A stretch of DNA of 64,000 nt from Acidimicrobiia bacterium (GTDB lineage Bacteria; Actinomycetota; Acidimicrobiia; Spongiisociales; UBA5794). Position numbers and translations under genes: made by a program. Positions 9,312 through 18,815 of the stretch are shown piece after piece. The notes under the pieces were generated by a model. It worked only from the letters and a program-made list of their open reading frames with translations, searched no databases and was not told where the DNA came from. Position 1 is the stretch's first letter, and every line of letters begins with the position of its first letter. Location: positions 512,339-576,338 of the forward strand of contig JAWKJB010000002.1 of the NCBI GenBank assembly GCA_041393965.1. Reading direction: 5' to 3'.

Positions 9312-10348
9312 TGAGAATCGGAATCGTCTGCCCATACGATCTTGGCGCGGTGGGCGGTGTCCAGGATCAAGCGATCAAGCTGGTCGGATGGCTCCGCGAT
9401 CTCGGACACGAGCCAATGCTCGTCGGTCCGGGGACGGAGGGCCCCGAGTCTGCGACACTCCTCGGCACCACCAGCGTCTTGGCCGTCAACCGTTCGAGAG
9501 CTCCGATCAGGCTCAGCCTTCGGACGCGGCATGCGTTGCGCGAAGCACTCGCAGGAGTGGAGGTCGTCCACATCCACGAACCCCTCGTTCCGAGTGTGTC
9601 ACTGGCAGCGACTCGGATGCATGCAGCGCCTTCTGTCGGTACCTTCCACGCCGATCCTTCCCGTTTGATGCGCCGCATGTATCGCGGAACGGGCATGTTG
9701 TTGCGTCGCATCATGTCGGGGCTCGATGTGGCAACGGCAACGAGCCCGGTATCTCGTTCCGCGGTCGCGGGAATCGTCGAGGCCCGGATCGTACCGAACG
9801 GGATCGATGTGTCGTCCTACTCCCAACAGCCGAAGCGGCCTGCATCGGTTGCATTCCTAGGTCGCGACGAACCGCGCAAGGGGCTCGATGTGCTCCTTCG
9901 CGCCTGGCCGCGCATCCGGGCGACCTGTCCGGAGGCAACCCTCGATGTGATGGGGGCGGCCCGGCCCGATGAGATCCCGGGAGTTGTGTGGCATGGTCGG
10001 GTCGATGAGTCGACGAAGGCGAGCATCCTTGCAAGAGCCGGGATCTACTGCGCCCCGAACCTCGGCGGGGAGTCCTTCGGGATTGTCATCGCCGAAGCCA
10101 TGGCGTCGGGATGTGCCGTGGTCGCATCGGCCCTCCCGGCGTTCATCCATGTCGCGGGGGATGCGGCGGTGTTCGTTGCACCCAACGACCCGGAAGGCAT
10201 CGCCGACGGCATCATTCGCCTTCTCGGTGACGAAGGCCTCCGCGCCGGGCTCTCGCGGACCGGCGTTGCGCGTGCAGCGCAGTTCGACGGACATCGGGTG
10301 GCCTCCGATTTCGTTGCGGCGTACGAGGAGGCAATCGCCGCGTCGTGA
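9311..10348 (+). CDS. pimA: GT4 glycosyltransferase (phosphatidylinositol alpha-mannosyltransferase PimA-like)
   Basis: ATG at 9311 overlaps the patA stop. MRIGIVCPYDLGAVGGVQ N-terminus and a C-terminal EGFGIV...E motif (ESFGIVIAEAMASG) of GT-B GT4 enzymes. Syntenic with pgsA1-patA-pimA. Confidence 0.8.
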   Translation: MRIGIVCPYDLGAVGGVQDQAIKLVGWLRDLGHEPMLVGPGTEGPESATLLGTTSVLAVNRSRAPIRLSLRTRHALREALAGVEVVHIHEPLVPSVSLAATRMHAAPSVGTFHADPSRLMRRMYRGTGMLLRRIMSGLDVATATSPVSRSAVAGIVEARIVPNGIDVSSYSQQPKRPASVAFLGRDEPRKGLDVLLRAWPRIRATCPEATLDVMGAARPDEIPGVVWHGRVDESTKASILARAGIYCAPNLGGESFGIVIAEAMASGCAVVASALPAFIHVAGDAAVFVAPNDPEGIADGIIRLLGDEGLRAGLSRTGVARAAQFDGHRVASDFVAAYEEAIAAS

Positions 10349-10418
10349 CGGTCGCGGGAATGTCCACCTCGCCTAGACTTGTCACGACGCCAAGTGGCCG
10401 CCAAGTGAGGGTTCAACC

Positions 10419-11312
10419 ATGTCCGATGCAACGACGCAACACGGTACCGACAAGGTCAAACGCGGCCTTGCCGAAATGCTCAAGGGCGGCGTCATCATGG
10501 ATGTCGTTTCAGCCGACCAGGCCCGGATCGCCGAGGAGGCAGGTGCCTGTGCCGTGATGTCCCTCGAACGCGTGCCTGCCGATATCCGGGCCGCCGGGGG
10601 AGTTGCCCGCATGGCGGATCCGGCCCGCGTCGAGGAGATCATCAACGCCGTGTCGATCCCGGTCATGGCGAAGTCACGCATCGGGCACTTCGTCGAAGCG
10701 CGGGTTCTCGAATCCCTTGGGGTGGACTACATCGACGAATCAGAGGTGCTCAGTCCCGTCGACGAGCACCACATCGACAAGCGAGCCTTCACGGTGCCGT
10801 TCGTGTGCGGTGCCAAGGATCTCGGCGAAGCGTTGCGCCGTATCGGTGAGGGAGCCGCGATGATTCGCACCAAGGGCGAGCCCGGTACCGGCAATGTGGT
10901 CGAAGCCGTGCGCCACATGCGGAAGATGAACGCCCAGATCGCCTGGTTGACGACCCTTGGGCCAGACGAGCTGATGAACGCCGCTCGTGACTTGCGTGCC
11001 CCATACGACCTCGTCAAGGAAGTCGCCGCAAGCGGAACGCTGCCGGTCGTGAATTTCGCCGCCGGCGGGATCGCCACACCGTCGGACGCCGCGTTGATGA
11101 TGCAGCTCGGCTGTGACGGTGTCTTCGTCGGATCCGGCATCTTCAAGTCGGGCGATCCGGCCGAGCGAGCAAGCGCCATTGTGCAGGCAACGACCTTCCA
11201 CAACGATCCAGCGATGATCGCCAAGGTATCGAAGAACCTCGGCGAGGCGATGGTCGGCATCAACATCGAGACGCTGCCCGACACGGAGCTGATGCAGCAT
11301 CGCGGGTCATGA
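10419..11312 (+). CDS. pdxS: Pyridoxal 5'-phosphate synthase lyase subunit
   Basis: 297 aa with highly conserved PdxS/SNZ sequence ([38 protein letters not shown]). Confidence 0.95.
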   Translation: MSDATTQHGTDKVKRGLAEMLKGGVIMDVVSADQARIAEEAGACAVMSLERVPADIRAAGGVARMADPARVEEIINAVSIPVMAKSRIGHFVEARVLESLGVDYIDESEVLSPVDEHHIDKRAFTVPFVCGAKDLGEALRRIGEGAAMIRTKGEPGTGNVVEAVRHMRKMNAQIAWLTTLGPDELMNAARDLRAPYDLVKEVAASGTLPVVNFAAGGIATPSDAALMMQLGCDGVFVGSGIFKSGDPAERASAIVQATTFHNDPAMIAKVSKNLGEAMVGINIETLPDTELMQHRGS

Positions 11313-11893
11313 GGGTCGGCATCCTTGCGCTTCAGGGGGACTTCCGCGAGCACCGCAGGGCGATCCAATCCCTCGGAATCGACGCTCCCGATGTGCGGAC
11401 ACCCGCTGATCTCGATACGGTCGATGCGCTGATCATTCCAGGCGGGGAGTCGACAACCATCGGGCGGCTCGCGGTCGCCCACGGTCTCATCCAGCCGATC
11501 CGTGACCGGGCGCATGAGGGGATGCCGATCCTGGGTACCTGTGCAGGAATGATCTTCCTCGCATCCAACACGGTCGGCCACGATCAGCCGCTCCTCGGGT
11601 TGCTCGACGCGACCGTGCAACGCAACGCGTTCGGCCGTCAGGTCGACTCCTTCGAAGCCGACCTGACCATCGATGGCCTCGACGAGCCGATGCACGCGGT
11701 CTTCATCAGGGCCCCGTGGATCGACAAGATCGGCGCCGATGTGGAGGTGCTTGCATCCGTACGGAGCGAAGGCGGCGCGAGCCACCCCGTATTGGTACGC
11801 CAGGGCCATATCCTCGCGGCTGCCTTCCACCCTGAGTTGACCGACGACCGTCGGCTCCACAGGATGCTTGTCGATCTTGTTGAGGAGTCCTGA
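11309..11893 (+). CDS. pdxT: Pyridoxal 5'-phosphate synthase glutaminase subunit
   Basis: [16 protein letters not shown]-terminus and class I glutamine amidotransferase Cys (GTCAGMIFL). 4-nt overlap with pdxS. Confidence 0.93.
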   Translation: MRVGILALQGDFREHRRAIQSLGIDAPDVRTPADLDTVDALIIPGGESTTIGRLAVAHGLIQPIRDRAHEGMPILGTCAGMIFLASNTVGHDQPLLGLLDATVQRNAFGRQVDSFEADLTIDGLDEPMHAVFIRAPWIDKIGADVEVLASVRSEGGASHPVLVRQGHILAAAFHPELTDDRRLHRMLVDLVEES

Positions 11894-11895
11894 CC

Positions 11896-12636
11896 ATGGC
11901 GGGCCATTCGAAGTGGGCCAACATCAAGCACCGCAAAGGACGGCAGGACGCCAAGCGCGGGAAGTTGTTTGCCAAGCTCATCAAAGCGATCGAGTCGGCT
12001 GCACGCAACGGTGGCCCTGACCTCGCGGCGAACACGACCCTTGCAACCGCCGTGCAAAAGGCAAAGGACAACTCGGTCCCGAAGGACAACATCGACCGAG
12101 CGATCGCAAGGGGATCAGGGGACCTCGACGGCGTCGACTACACCGAAAGCTTCTACGAAGGGTACGGCCCCGGTGGGGTCGCCGTGTATGTTCAGGTCCT
12201 TACCGACAACCGCAACCGAGCCGCGTCTGATGTACGGGCCGCGTTCACGAAGAACGCGGGCAGTTTGGGGGAGCCGGGTTCGGTCGCGTACCTCTTCGAA
12301 CAGCGCGGCTACCTCTTGGTCGATGGCGATGAGGACACCGTCATGCTCGCCGCTATCGACGGGGGTGCCGATGATGTTGCCCCGTCCGATGGGCAATGGG
12401 AGGTGCTGTGTGGACCGAGCGATCTCCAGGCCGTGCGCTCCGCGCTCGAAACCGCAGGCGTCGCCATCGAGTCGAGTGATGTCACCTACCTTCCTGCCAC
12501 CTCGGTGCCGATCGACGAGCGGCATGCGGCTCAGGTGATCCGTCTGGTCGACGCGCTCGAGGATCTCGACGATGTTCAGGCGGTCTTCGCCAACTTCGAC
12601 ATCCCAGACGATGTGCTCGCGACGATGGAGATGTGA
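11896..12636 (+). CDS. YebC/PmpR family DNA-binding transcriptional regulator
   Basis: MAGHSKWANIKHRKGRQDAKRGKLFAKL is the family signature N-terminus. 246 aa. Positioned upstream of ruvCAB as in many bacteria. Confidence 0.93.
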   Translation: MAGHSKWANIKHRKGRQDAKRGKLFAKLIKAIESAARNGGPDLAANTTLATAVQKAKDNSVPKDNIDRAIARGSGDLDGVDYTESFYEGYGPGGVAVYVQVLTDNRNRAASDVRAAFTKNAGSLGEPGSVAYLFEQRGYLLVDGDEDTVMLAAIDGGADDVAPSDGQWEVLCGPSDLQAVRSALETAGVAIESSDVTYLPATSVPIDERHAAQVIRLVDALEDLDDVQAVFANFDIPDDVLATMEM

Positions 12637-12686
12637 ACCTCGCTGGCTCGTGCGGTGCTTGAGTATGTGGAGCCCACAGGGTACGC

Positions 12687-12702
12687 TCCGAACATATGTT
12701 CG
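12687..12702 (+). promoter_or_regulatory. Actinobacterial LexA (SOS) box overlapping the ruvC start codon
   Basis: tcCGAACatatGTTCGtc matches the TCGAAC-N4-GTTCGA consensus with a perfect CGAAC/GTTCG inverted repeat. The ruvC ATG (12696-12698) lies inside the spacer and right arm. Confidence 0.55.
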
Positions 12703-13190
12703 TCTTGGGTATCGATCCGGGTCTCACCCGTACCGGCTACGGTGTCGTGGAATCATCCGGGGGGAAGGTGCGTGCCCTCGCGGCCGGGGTCATTGTCACC
12801 AACCCGGACATCGAGGACGCGATGCGCCTCCTGGAGCTGCGGGATGATCTCGACAGTGTCCTTGATGAGCATCCCATCGATACGGCGGCCATCGAGCAGG
12901 TCTTCGTCAACCGGAACCGTGGGACCGCGATCGCGGTCGCGAGGGCATCGGGCGTCGTGATGGCGACGATCGCAAGTCGGGGCATCGGGGTCACCGAGTA
13001 CTCTCCTTCGAGCATGAAGATGGCCATCACCGGCTCAGGCAGCGCGACCAAGGATCAGATCGCTGCCGTGTTGGACCTGCGCCTCGGCATCGGGACCCTT
13101 CGTGGTCCTGTGGATGCAACCGATGCGCTCGGTGTTGCGCTGTGCCATATCCAGCATGCGGGCCTCCTCGCACGGCTGGCGACACGATGA
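12696..13190 (+). CDS. ruvC: Crossover junction endodeoxyribonuclease RuvC
   Basis: MFVLGIDPGLTRTGYGVVE N-terminus. 164 aa. Confidence 0.93.
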   Translation: MFVLGIDPGLTRTGYGVVESSGGKVRALAAGVIVTNPDIEDAMRLLELRDDLDSVLDEHPIDTAAIEQVFVNRNRGTAIAVARASGVVMATIASRGIGVTEYSPSSMKMAITGSGSATKDQIAAVLDLRLGIGTLRGPVDATDALGVALCHIQHAGLLARLATR

Positions 13191-13762
13191 TCGGCCGTCT
13201 GCGTGGCGCCATTGTCGATCGTGGGCCCGAATCGGTCATTCTCGATGTCGGCGGCGTTGGCTACACCGTGGCTGTGACACCGAGGACGCTGAGCGAGTTG
13301 TCGGCCCTCGGCGAGGCTGCCGTCCTGCACACGCATCTGCATGTTCGCGAGGACCAGCTCGCCTTGTTCGGCTTCATGTCGACCGAAGAGCGGAACCTCT
13401 TTCAGGTGCTGCTCGGCATCTCGGGTGTCGGTCCGAAAGTCGCCCTCGCGATCCTTGCGACCCTCACCCCGACCGATCTGAGCAGGGCCGTGCACTCGGG
13501 TGACACCTCGGCCCTCACGACGGTTCCGGGTATCGGCAAGCGCAGCGCCGAAAAGCTCATGGTCGAGCTCCGCCCAAGGATGGATATCGACATCGGTTCC
13601 GGTGCGGTCTCAGGTTCGATGAGTGAGGCTCGAGCTGCCCTTGAGGGTCTTGGCTATGCACCCGACGAGATCCGCGGAGTCCTCGGCGCGCTGTCGCCGG
13701 ATCTTCCGGTTGCAGACCTCGTCAAGCGCTCCCTCCAAGAGCTCGGGCGGAGTCAGCCATGA
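13187..13762 (+). CDS. ruvA: Holliday junction DNA helicase subunit RuvA
   Basis: MIGRLRGAIVDRGPESVILDVGGVGYTV. ATG at 13187 overlaps the ruvC stop (ATGA). The track ORF at 13142 is over-extended. Confidence 0.92.
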   Translation: MIGRLRGAIVDRGPESVILDVGGVGYTVAVTPRTLSELSALGEAAVLHTHLHVREDQLALFGFMSTEERNLFQVLLGISGVGPKVALAILATLTPTDLSRAVHSGDTSALTTVPGIGKRSAEKLMVELRPRMDIDIGSGAVSGSMSEARAALEGLGYAPDEIRGVLGALSPDLPVADLVKRSLQELGRSQP

Positions 13763-14796
13763 GAGAGGACGGGCTGCTCGCGACGGCACAATCAGACGAG
13801 GATCGAGCCGTTGAGATCGGACTCAGGCCACGCCGGCTGTCCGAGTTCGTGGGGCAGGGACCTCTCAAGGAACGCCTGTCGATTCTCGTCGAGGCGGCTT
13901 CGGCGCGTGGTGAAGCCGTCGATCACATTCTCTTCTCGGGGCCGCCCGGCTTGGGCAAGACCAGCCTTGCGGCCATCGTCGCGGCGGAGATGGGGGCGGC
14001 GCTGCGCTCGACCTCGGGCCCTGCGCTCGACCGGCCGGGGGATCTGGCAGCTGTGCTGACCAACCTCCAGCCGGGAGATGTCCTGTTCATCGACGAGATC
14101 CATCGGCTTCCCCGCCAAGTCGAAGAGGTGATGTATCCGGCCATGGAGGATCGACAACTCGATATCGTCGTCGGGAAGGGGCCCGCTGCGAGCTCCATCA
14201 AGATCGACCTCCCCGAGTTCACCCTGATCGGCGCCACGACCCGGGTCGGCAGGGTTGCCCCGCCGCTGCGCGACCGGTTCGGCTATGTGGCGAGGCTCGA
14301 CTACTACGGTTCCGACGACCTCGCTGCAATCGTTGAACGCTCATCGCGGCTGCTCGAATGCGACACCGAGCCTTCCGGCCGCAATGCGATTGCCTCCCGC
14401 AGTCGGGGCACACCACGCATCGCGAACAGGCTGTTGCGCCGCGTGCGTGACTACGCGGCGGTGCGTGCCGAGGGTGTTGTCACAGCGGAGGTCGCCGAGG
14501 TTGCGCTCGCAACCTTCGAGATCGACGACGCCGGGCTCGACAAGGTCGATCGGTCAATCATCGAAGCCCTCGTCGTGAAGTTCGACGGAGGACCCGTTGG
14601 TCTATCCACCCTCGCGATCGCGGTCGGAGAGGATTCCGAGACCGTCGAGGACGCATACGAGCCCTTCCTCATCCTTGAGGGATTGCTCCAGCGCACGCCA
14701 CGGGGTCGGGTCGCCACCGAACGCGCATACCGGCACCTCGGCTTGGACCCACCGCCGCGCAACGGCTCGAACGACAGTCAGGGAACACTGCTCTAG
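13759..14796 (+). CDS. ruvB: Holliday junction DNA helicase RuvB
   Basis: AAA+ Walker A (GPPGLGKTSLA) and Walker B (DEIHRL) motifs. 345 aa. 4-nt overlap with ruvA. Confidence 0.95.
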   Translation: MREDGLLATAQSDEDRAVEIGLRPRRLSEFVGQGPLKERLSILVEAASARGEAVDHILFSGPPGLGKTSLAAIVAAEMGAALRSTSGPALDRPGDLAAVLTNLQPGDVLFIDEIHRLPRQVEEVMYPAMEDRQLDIVVGKGPAASSIKIDLPEFTLIGATTRVGRVAPPLRDRFGYVARLDYYGSDDLAAIVERSSRLLECDTEPSGRNAIASRSRGTPRIANRLLRRVRDYAAVRAEGVVTAEVAEVALATFEIDDAGLDKVDRSIIEALVVKFDGGPVGLSTLAIAVGEDSETVEDAYEPFLILEGLLQRTPRGRVATERAYRHLGLDPPPRNGSNDSQGTLL

Positions 14797-14812
14797 GCGT
14801 ACCCTGCCCGGC

Positions 14813-15838
14813 ATGCTGGTCGATGACTTCTCCTACGAGCTTCCGCCAGAGGCGATTGCCCAGACGGCGATCGATCCGCGCGATGCGTCGCGCCTGCTCG
14901 ACACGACGACCATGACTGATCGCGTATTCCGCGAGCTTCCGAAACTTCTCGATGCGGGGGATCTGCTCGTCGTGAACGAAACGAAGGTGCGTGCCGCACG
15001 CCTCGTGGGTGAACGCGACGGGGGAGGGACCACCGAGGTGCTGCTCACCGGCCGGATCGATAACAAACGCTGGGAGGCGCTGGTTCGTCCCGCAAGGAAG
15101 CTCTCGCCGGGTTCGGTGGTCGCGGTCGGACCATTGCGGGTCGAACTGCTTTCCACACCGGTCGATGGCGTTGCCACGGTGCTCGTCGAGGGGTGTTCGA
15201 CCGACATCGAAGACGATATCGCTGCCCATGGGTCGACACCGCTTCCGCCCTACTTCCACGGTGAGGTCGAACTCGGTCGTTACCAGACCGTGTTCGCGTC
15301 GAAGATCGGCTCGTCCGCAGCACCGACCGCGGCCCTTCATTTCACTCCGGAACTCGTAAGCGAAATCGAGGCCACCGGTGTTGGGATCGCTGCGGTCGAC
15401 CTTGAGGTCGGCATCGACACCTTCCGGCCCATGGATCGTGGAAGGAACGGAGCCGCGACCGTCGAAGCCCATCGGATGCACTCGGAACGGGTGGTGGTCC
15501 CACCCGCGACCGTCGATGCCGTCGAGCGGACCCGTCGCAGCGGCGGACGAGTGATCGCCGTAGGAACGACCGTCGTTCGGTCACTCGAGAGTGCCGCGAC
15601 TCCCCACGGTGGCCTTGCTCCCTTCGATGGTTCCACGGACCTGTTCATACGGCCAGGGTTTCGATTCGCGGCGGTCGACGCCGTCATCACGAACTTTCAT
15701 GCACCTCGCACGACACTGCTCGTCATGATCGCGGCGCTCATGGGCGACCGATGGCGGAGCGTGTACCGCCTTGCCCTCGATCAGGGTTATCGATTCTTGT
15801 CCTTCGGCGACGCCATGTACCTCGAGGTGCGTCGGTGA
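14813..15838 (+). CDS. queA: S-adenosylmethionine:tRNA ribosyltransferase-isomerase
   Basis: MLVDDFSYELPPEAIAQTAIDPRDASRLL N-terminus. ATG at 14813. 342 aa. The track ORF at 14597 is over-extended. Confidence 0.92.
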   Translation: MLVDDFSYELPPEAIAQTAIDPRDASRLLDTTTMTDRVFRELPKLLDAGDLLVVNETKVRAARLVGERDGGGTTEVLLTGRIDNKRWEALVRPARKLSPGSVVAVGPLRVELLSTPVDGVATVLVEGCSTDIEDDIAAHGSTPLPPYFHGEVELGRYQTVFASKIGSSAAPTAALHFTPELVSEIEATGVGIAAVDLEVGIDTFRPMDRGRNGAATVEAHRMHSERVVVPPATVDAVERTRRSGGRVIAVGTTVVRSLESAATPHGGLAPFDGSTDLFIRPGFRFAAVDAVITNFHAPRTTLLVMIAALMGDRWRSVYRLALDQGYRFLSFGDAMYLEVRR

Positions 15839-16950
15839 GCGCCGTGTCGTGGGCCGGGACCGCGCTCGATGGTGATGCCCGCTGCGGTGTGATGTCGACC
15901 GGACACGGAGATGTGGGGACTCCCGCGTTCATGGCCGTGGGAACTCGCGGCACCGTCAAGACGGTCGACTCGGACGACCTCGATCGGGTGGGCGCGCAGA
16001 TCGTCCTCGCAAACACCTATCACCTGATGCTGCGCCCCGGCGAAGAGACCGTCAGCCGCCTCGGTGAGCTCCACGGATTCATGGCATGGGATCGGCCGAT
16101 CCTGACGGATTCGGGCGGCTTCCAGGTGCTGTCGCTCCGCCCCACGGTCACCGACGACGCTCTCGTCTTCCGGTCGAGCTATGACGGATCGCCGGTAGAA
16201 CTGACGCCGGAACGGGCGGTGGCAGTCCAGGAGACGCTCGGATCCGACATCGCGATGGTGCTCGATGTGCCGGTGGCCCTGCCCGCCGAGCGTGGGATTG
16301 TCCAAGCCGCGATGCATCAGACCCTTCGCTGGGCCGAACGGTCACACCACGCCAAGCAGCGTGACGACCAAGCGCTCTTCGGCATCGTCCAGGGAGGGGT
16401 CGATGCAGAGCTCCGCGCCGAGTCAGCGCGTGAGACGGCCAAGATCGGGTTCCCCGGTTTCGGAATCGGTGGACTCGCCGTTGGGGAGTCCGCTGCCGAA
16501 CGCGCGAAGGCGATCGAGGTCTGCGCTGGGGAACTCCCGCCCGACGCTGTGCGCTATGTCATGGGACTCGGTGACACGGAGGGGATTCTCGATGCCGTCG
16601 CACGCGGGATCGATCTGTTCGACTGCGTGCTTCCCACCCGATTGGCGCGCCACGGAAAGGCCCTTGCAAGATCCGGCGATTTCTCGATCAAGCGTGCCGA
16701 GTGGGCCGACGACACCGGACCGATCGAACAGGACTGTCCGTGCATCGCGTGCCGCCGCTACACCAGGGGCTACCTGAGGCACCTCGTCGCAGCGGGAGAG
16801 CCCCTCGGGGCACGCCTTCTGACACTTCACAACCTGACCTACACCTACCGACTGTTCGCCGAAGTTCGATTCCACATCGCCTCACGGACATTCGCCGCCT
16901 TTCACCGGGACACCGTTGGTCGCAGACAACGAAAGAATCGGACGGACTAG
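15835..16950 (+). CDS. tgt: Queuine tRNA-ribosyltransferase
   Basis: GTG at 15835 overlaps the queA stop (GTGA). Contains the ILTDSGGFQV motif and a C-terminal Zn site CPCIACRRYTRGYLRHL. Confidence 0.92.
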   Translation: MSAVSWAGTALDGDARCGVMSTGHGDVGTPAFMAVGTRGTVKTVDSDDLDRVGAQIVLANTYHLMLRPGEETVSRLGELHGFMAWDRPILTDSGGFQVLSLRPTVTDDALVFRSSYDGSPVELTPERAVAVQETLGSDIAMVLDVPVALPAERGIVQAAMHQTLRWAERSHHAKQRDDQALFGIVQGGVDAELRAESARETAKIGFPGFGIGGLAVGESAAERAKAIEVCAGELPPDAVRYVMGLGDTEGILDAVARGIDLFDCVLPTRLARHGKALARSGDFSIKRAEWADDTGPIEQDCPCIACRRYTRGYLRHLVAAGEPLGARLLTLHNLTYTYRLFAEVRFHIASRTFAAFHRDTVGRRQRKNRTD

Positions 16951-16998
16951 CATCCGGTACTTGCCGGCCAGATCCCGTCCGTCGACGGAGGCGTTGTT

Positions 16999-17346
16999 GT
17001 GATCGGAACCATCACCGCGATCCAAGTACTTGCGACCGCAGCCGAGGAAGACTCGGCTGGAGGTTCGGCTCTGGCATTCCTGTTTCCCTTCTTGATCCTC
17101 GGCGCCCTGTTCTACATCTTCATCCTCATGCCGCAGCGGCGCCGGCAACGCAAGGCACGGGAAATGCAAGACGCGATGCGCATCGGCGACGATGTGCGCA
17201 CTATTGGCGGCATCATCGGCACCATCGTCGATGAGGATGACGAGACGTTCACGCTCGACCTCGGCGGCTCGACGATGCGGGTCGTCAAACGGGCCGTCGC
17301 GGAGCCGATTCGGCCGCCGAGAGCTGACGAGGGCGACGACGCGTGA
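16999..17346 (+). CDS. yajC: Preprotein translocase subunit YajC
   Basis: Single TM helix followed by MPQRRRQRK...IGDDVRTIGGIIGTIV, characteristic of YajC. 4-nt overlap with secD. Confidence 0.88.
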   Translation: MIGTITAIQVLATAAEEDSAGGSALAFLFPFLILGALFYIFILMPQRRRQRKAREMQDAMRIGDDVRTIGGIIGTIVDEDDETFTLDLGGSTMRVVKRAVAEPIRPPRADEGDDA

Positions 17347-18815
17347 GCAAACGGCGCGCGATCATCACCCTTGTCGTCGCGGTCGGAATCGCTTGGGGCT
17401 CGCTCGCGGCGATGCTGTCGGCGGGTTGGGCTCCGAAGCTGGGCCTCGACCTCCAGGGTGGATTCGCCGTGACCCTCGTGGCGCCCGAGGGGACCGATGC
17501 GGACACGCTCAAAACCGCTGCGGAGATCATGCGCCGGAGGGTCGAGAACCTTGGTGGAGTCCAGGAACCGGAGATAGCGGTCGTTGGCACAAGGGCCATC
17601 GTCGTGCAGCTTCCCGGGGTCACGGATCGCGACCGGGCCCTGCAGGCGGTTGGCACGACCGGCGAGCTCTCGTTCCGACCTGTTCTCGGCGAGTTTGTCG
17701 AGAGTCCTGCCCTCACGCAACCCGACGGGGATCACCCCGACGGTCTCGATCCCGAAACCGGCCTCACGATGGTCGACGATGTGACCCGCCCGGCCTATCT
17801 GGCCGATCAGGATGATCTGTTCGTCTATTCGGTTGAAGCTGCGTTCCTGACCGGGGCGGACATCACTGACGCGCAGGTCCAGTTCTCCCAGAGCGGTGTT
17901 GCAACGCAGTGGGTGGTCGTTCCGGTGTTCACCGACGAGGGAGGCAAGAAGTTTCAGGAAGCGACCAAGATCCTTGCCGGGTATCCCGCAGGCGACCCCC
18001 GACGCCAGCTCGCGATCGTGGTCGATGGGGTTGTCTTCTCGGCTCCGGCCGTCGCAACCGATGTGGATCCGTCCCAGGGGCTCGATCCGAACGCCGTTGT
18101 CATCACGGTCGGGGCGTCGTCCAATGCCCAGGAGGAAGCCGAAGATCTCGCCGCGATCCTCCGATACGGTGCCCTGCCGACGAACTTCGAGCGCGAACGC
18201 GTCGAATCGGTGTCGGCAACCCTCGGCGAGGATTCCCTCAGGGCCGGCCTGATCGCGGGCCTCGGTGGCCTCATGTTGGTCGCGGGATACATGCTGGTCT
18301 ACTACCGATCGTTGGGTCTTGCCTCGATCATCGGCCTGACCGTGTTCGGGTCCTTGATGATCGGCATCATCACACTCCTCGGCGAGACCCAGGGCACGAC
18401 CCTGACGCTTGCCGGGGTCACCGGCGTGATCGTGTCGGTCGGCATCACCTCGGATTCGTACATCGTGTACTTCGAACGGATCAAGGAGGAGTACCGAAAG
18501 GGACGGGGCCTCAGGCCATCGATCTCGCATGCGTTCGAATCGGCATTTCGGACGGTCGTGACCGGGGATACCGTGACGCTGCTCGGGGCTGCGTTGCTGT
18601 ACATGCTCGCCATCGGGCAGGTGAAGGGATTCGCTCTCACGCTCGGAATCGCAACGGTGATCGACATCGTCGTCGCGTACTTCTATACCCGCCCGATGGT
18701 CTACCTCTTGGGACGCGGCCCGCTCGGGGATGGCGGGGTGTTCTCCATCCGTGGAGCCATGGGTCGCGACGACATCCCCGCTGCCGTCGACGACCCTGTC
18801 GGAGCGGACGCATGA
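17343..18815 (+). CDS. secD: Protein translocase subunit SecD
   Basis: 490 aa with an N-terminal TM helix, periplasmic domain and C-terminal 5-TM bundle (GLGGLMLVAGYMLVYY...). Adjacent to yajC and secF. Confidence 0.9.
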   Translation: MSKRRAIITLVVAVGIAWGSLAAMLSAGWAPKLGLDLQGGFAVTLVAPEGTDADTLKTAAEIMRRRVENLGGVQEPEIAVVGTRAIVVQLPGVTDRDRALQAVGTTGELSFRPVLGEFVESPALTQPDGDHPDGLDPETGLTMVDDVTRPAYLADQDDLFVYSVEAAFLTGADITDAQVQFSQSGVATQWVVVPVFTDEGGKKFQEATKILAGYPAGDPRRQLAIVVDGVVFSAPAVATDVDPSQGLDPNAVVITVGASSNAQEEAEDLAAILRYGALPTNFERERVESVSATLGEDSLRAGLIAGLGGLMLVAGYMLVYYRSLGLASIIGLTVFGSLMIGIITLLGETQGTTLTLAGVTGVIVSVGITSDSYIVYFERIKEEYRKGRGLRPSISHAFESAFRTVVTGDTVTLLGAALLYMLAIGQVKGFALTLGIATVIDIVVAYFYTRPMVYLLGRGPLGDGGVFSIRGAMGRDDIPAAVDDPVGADA

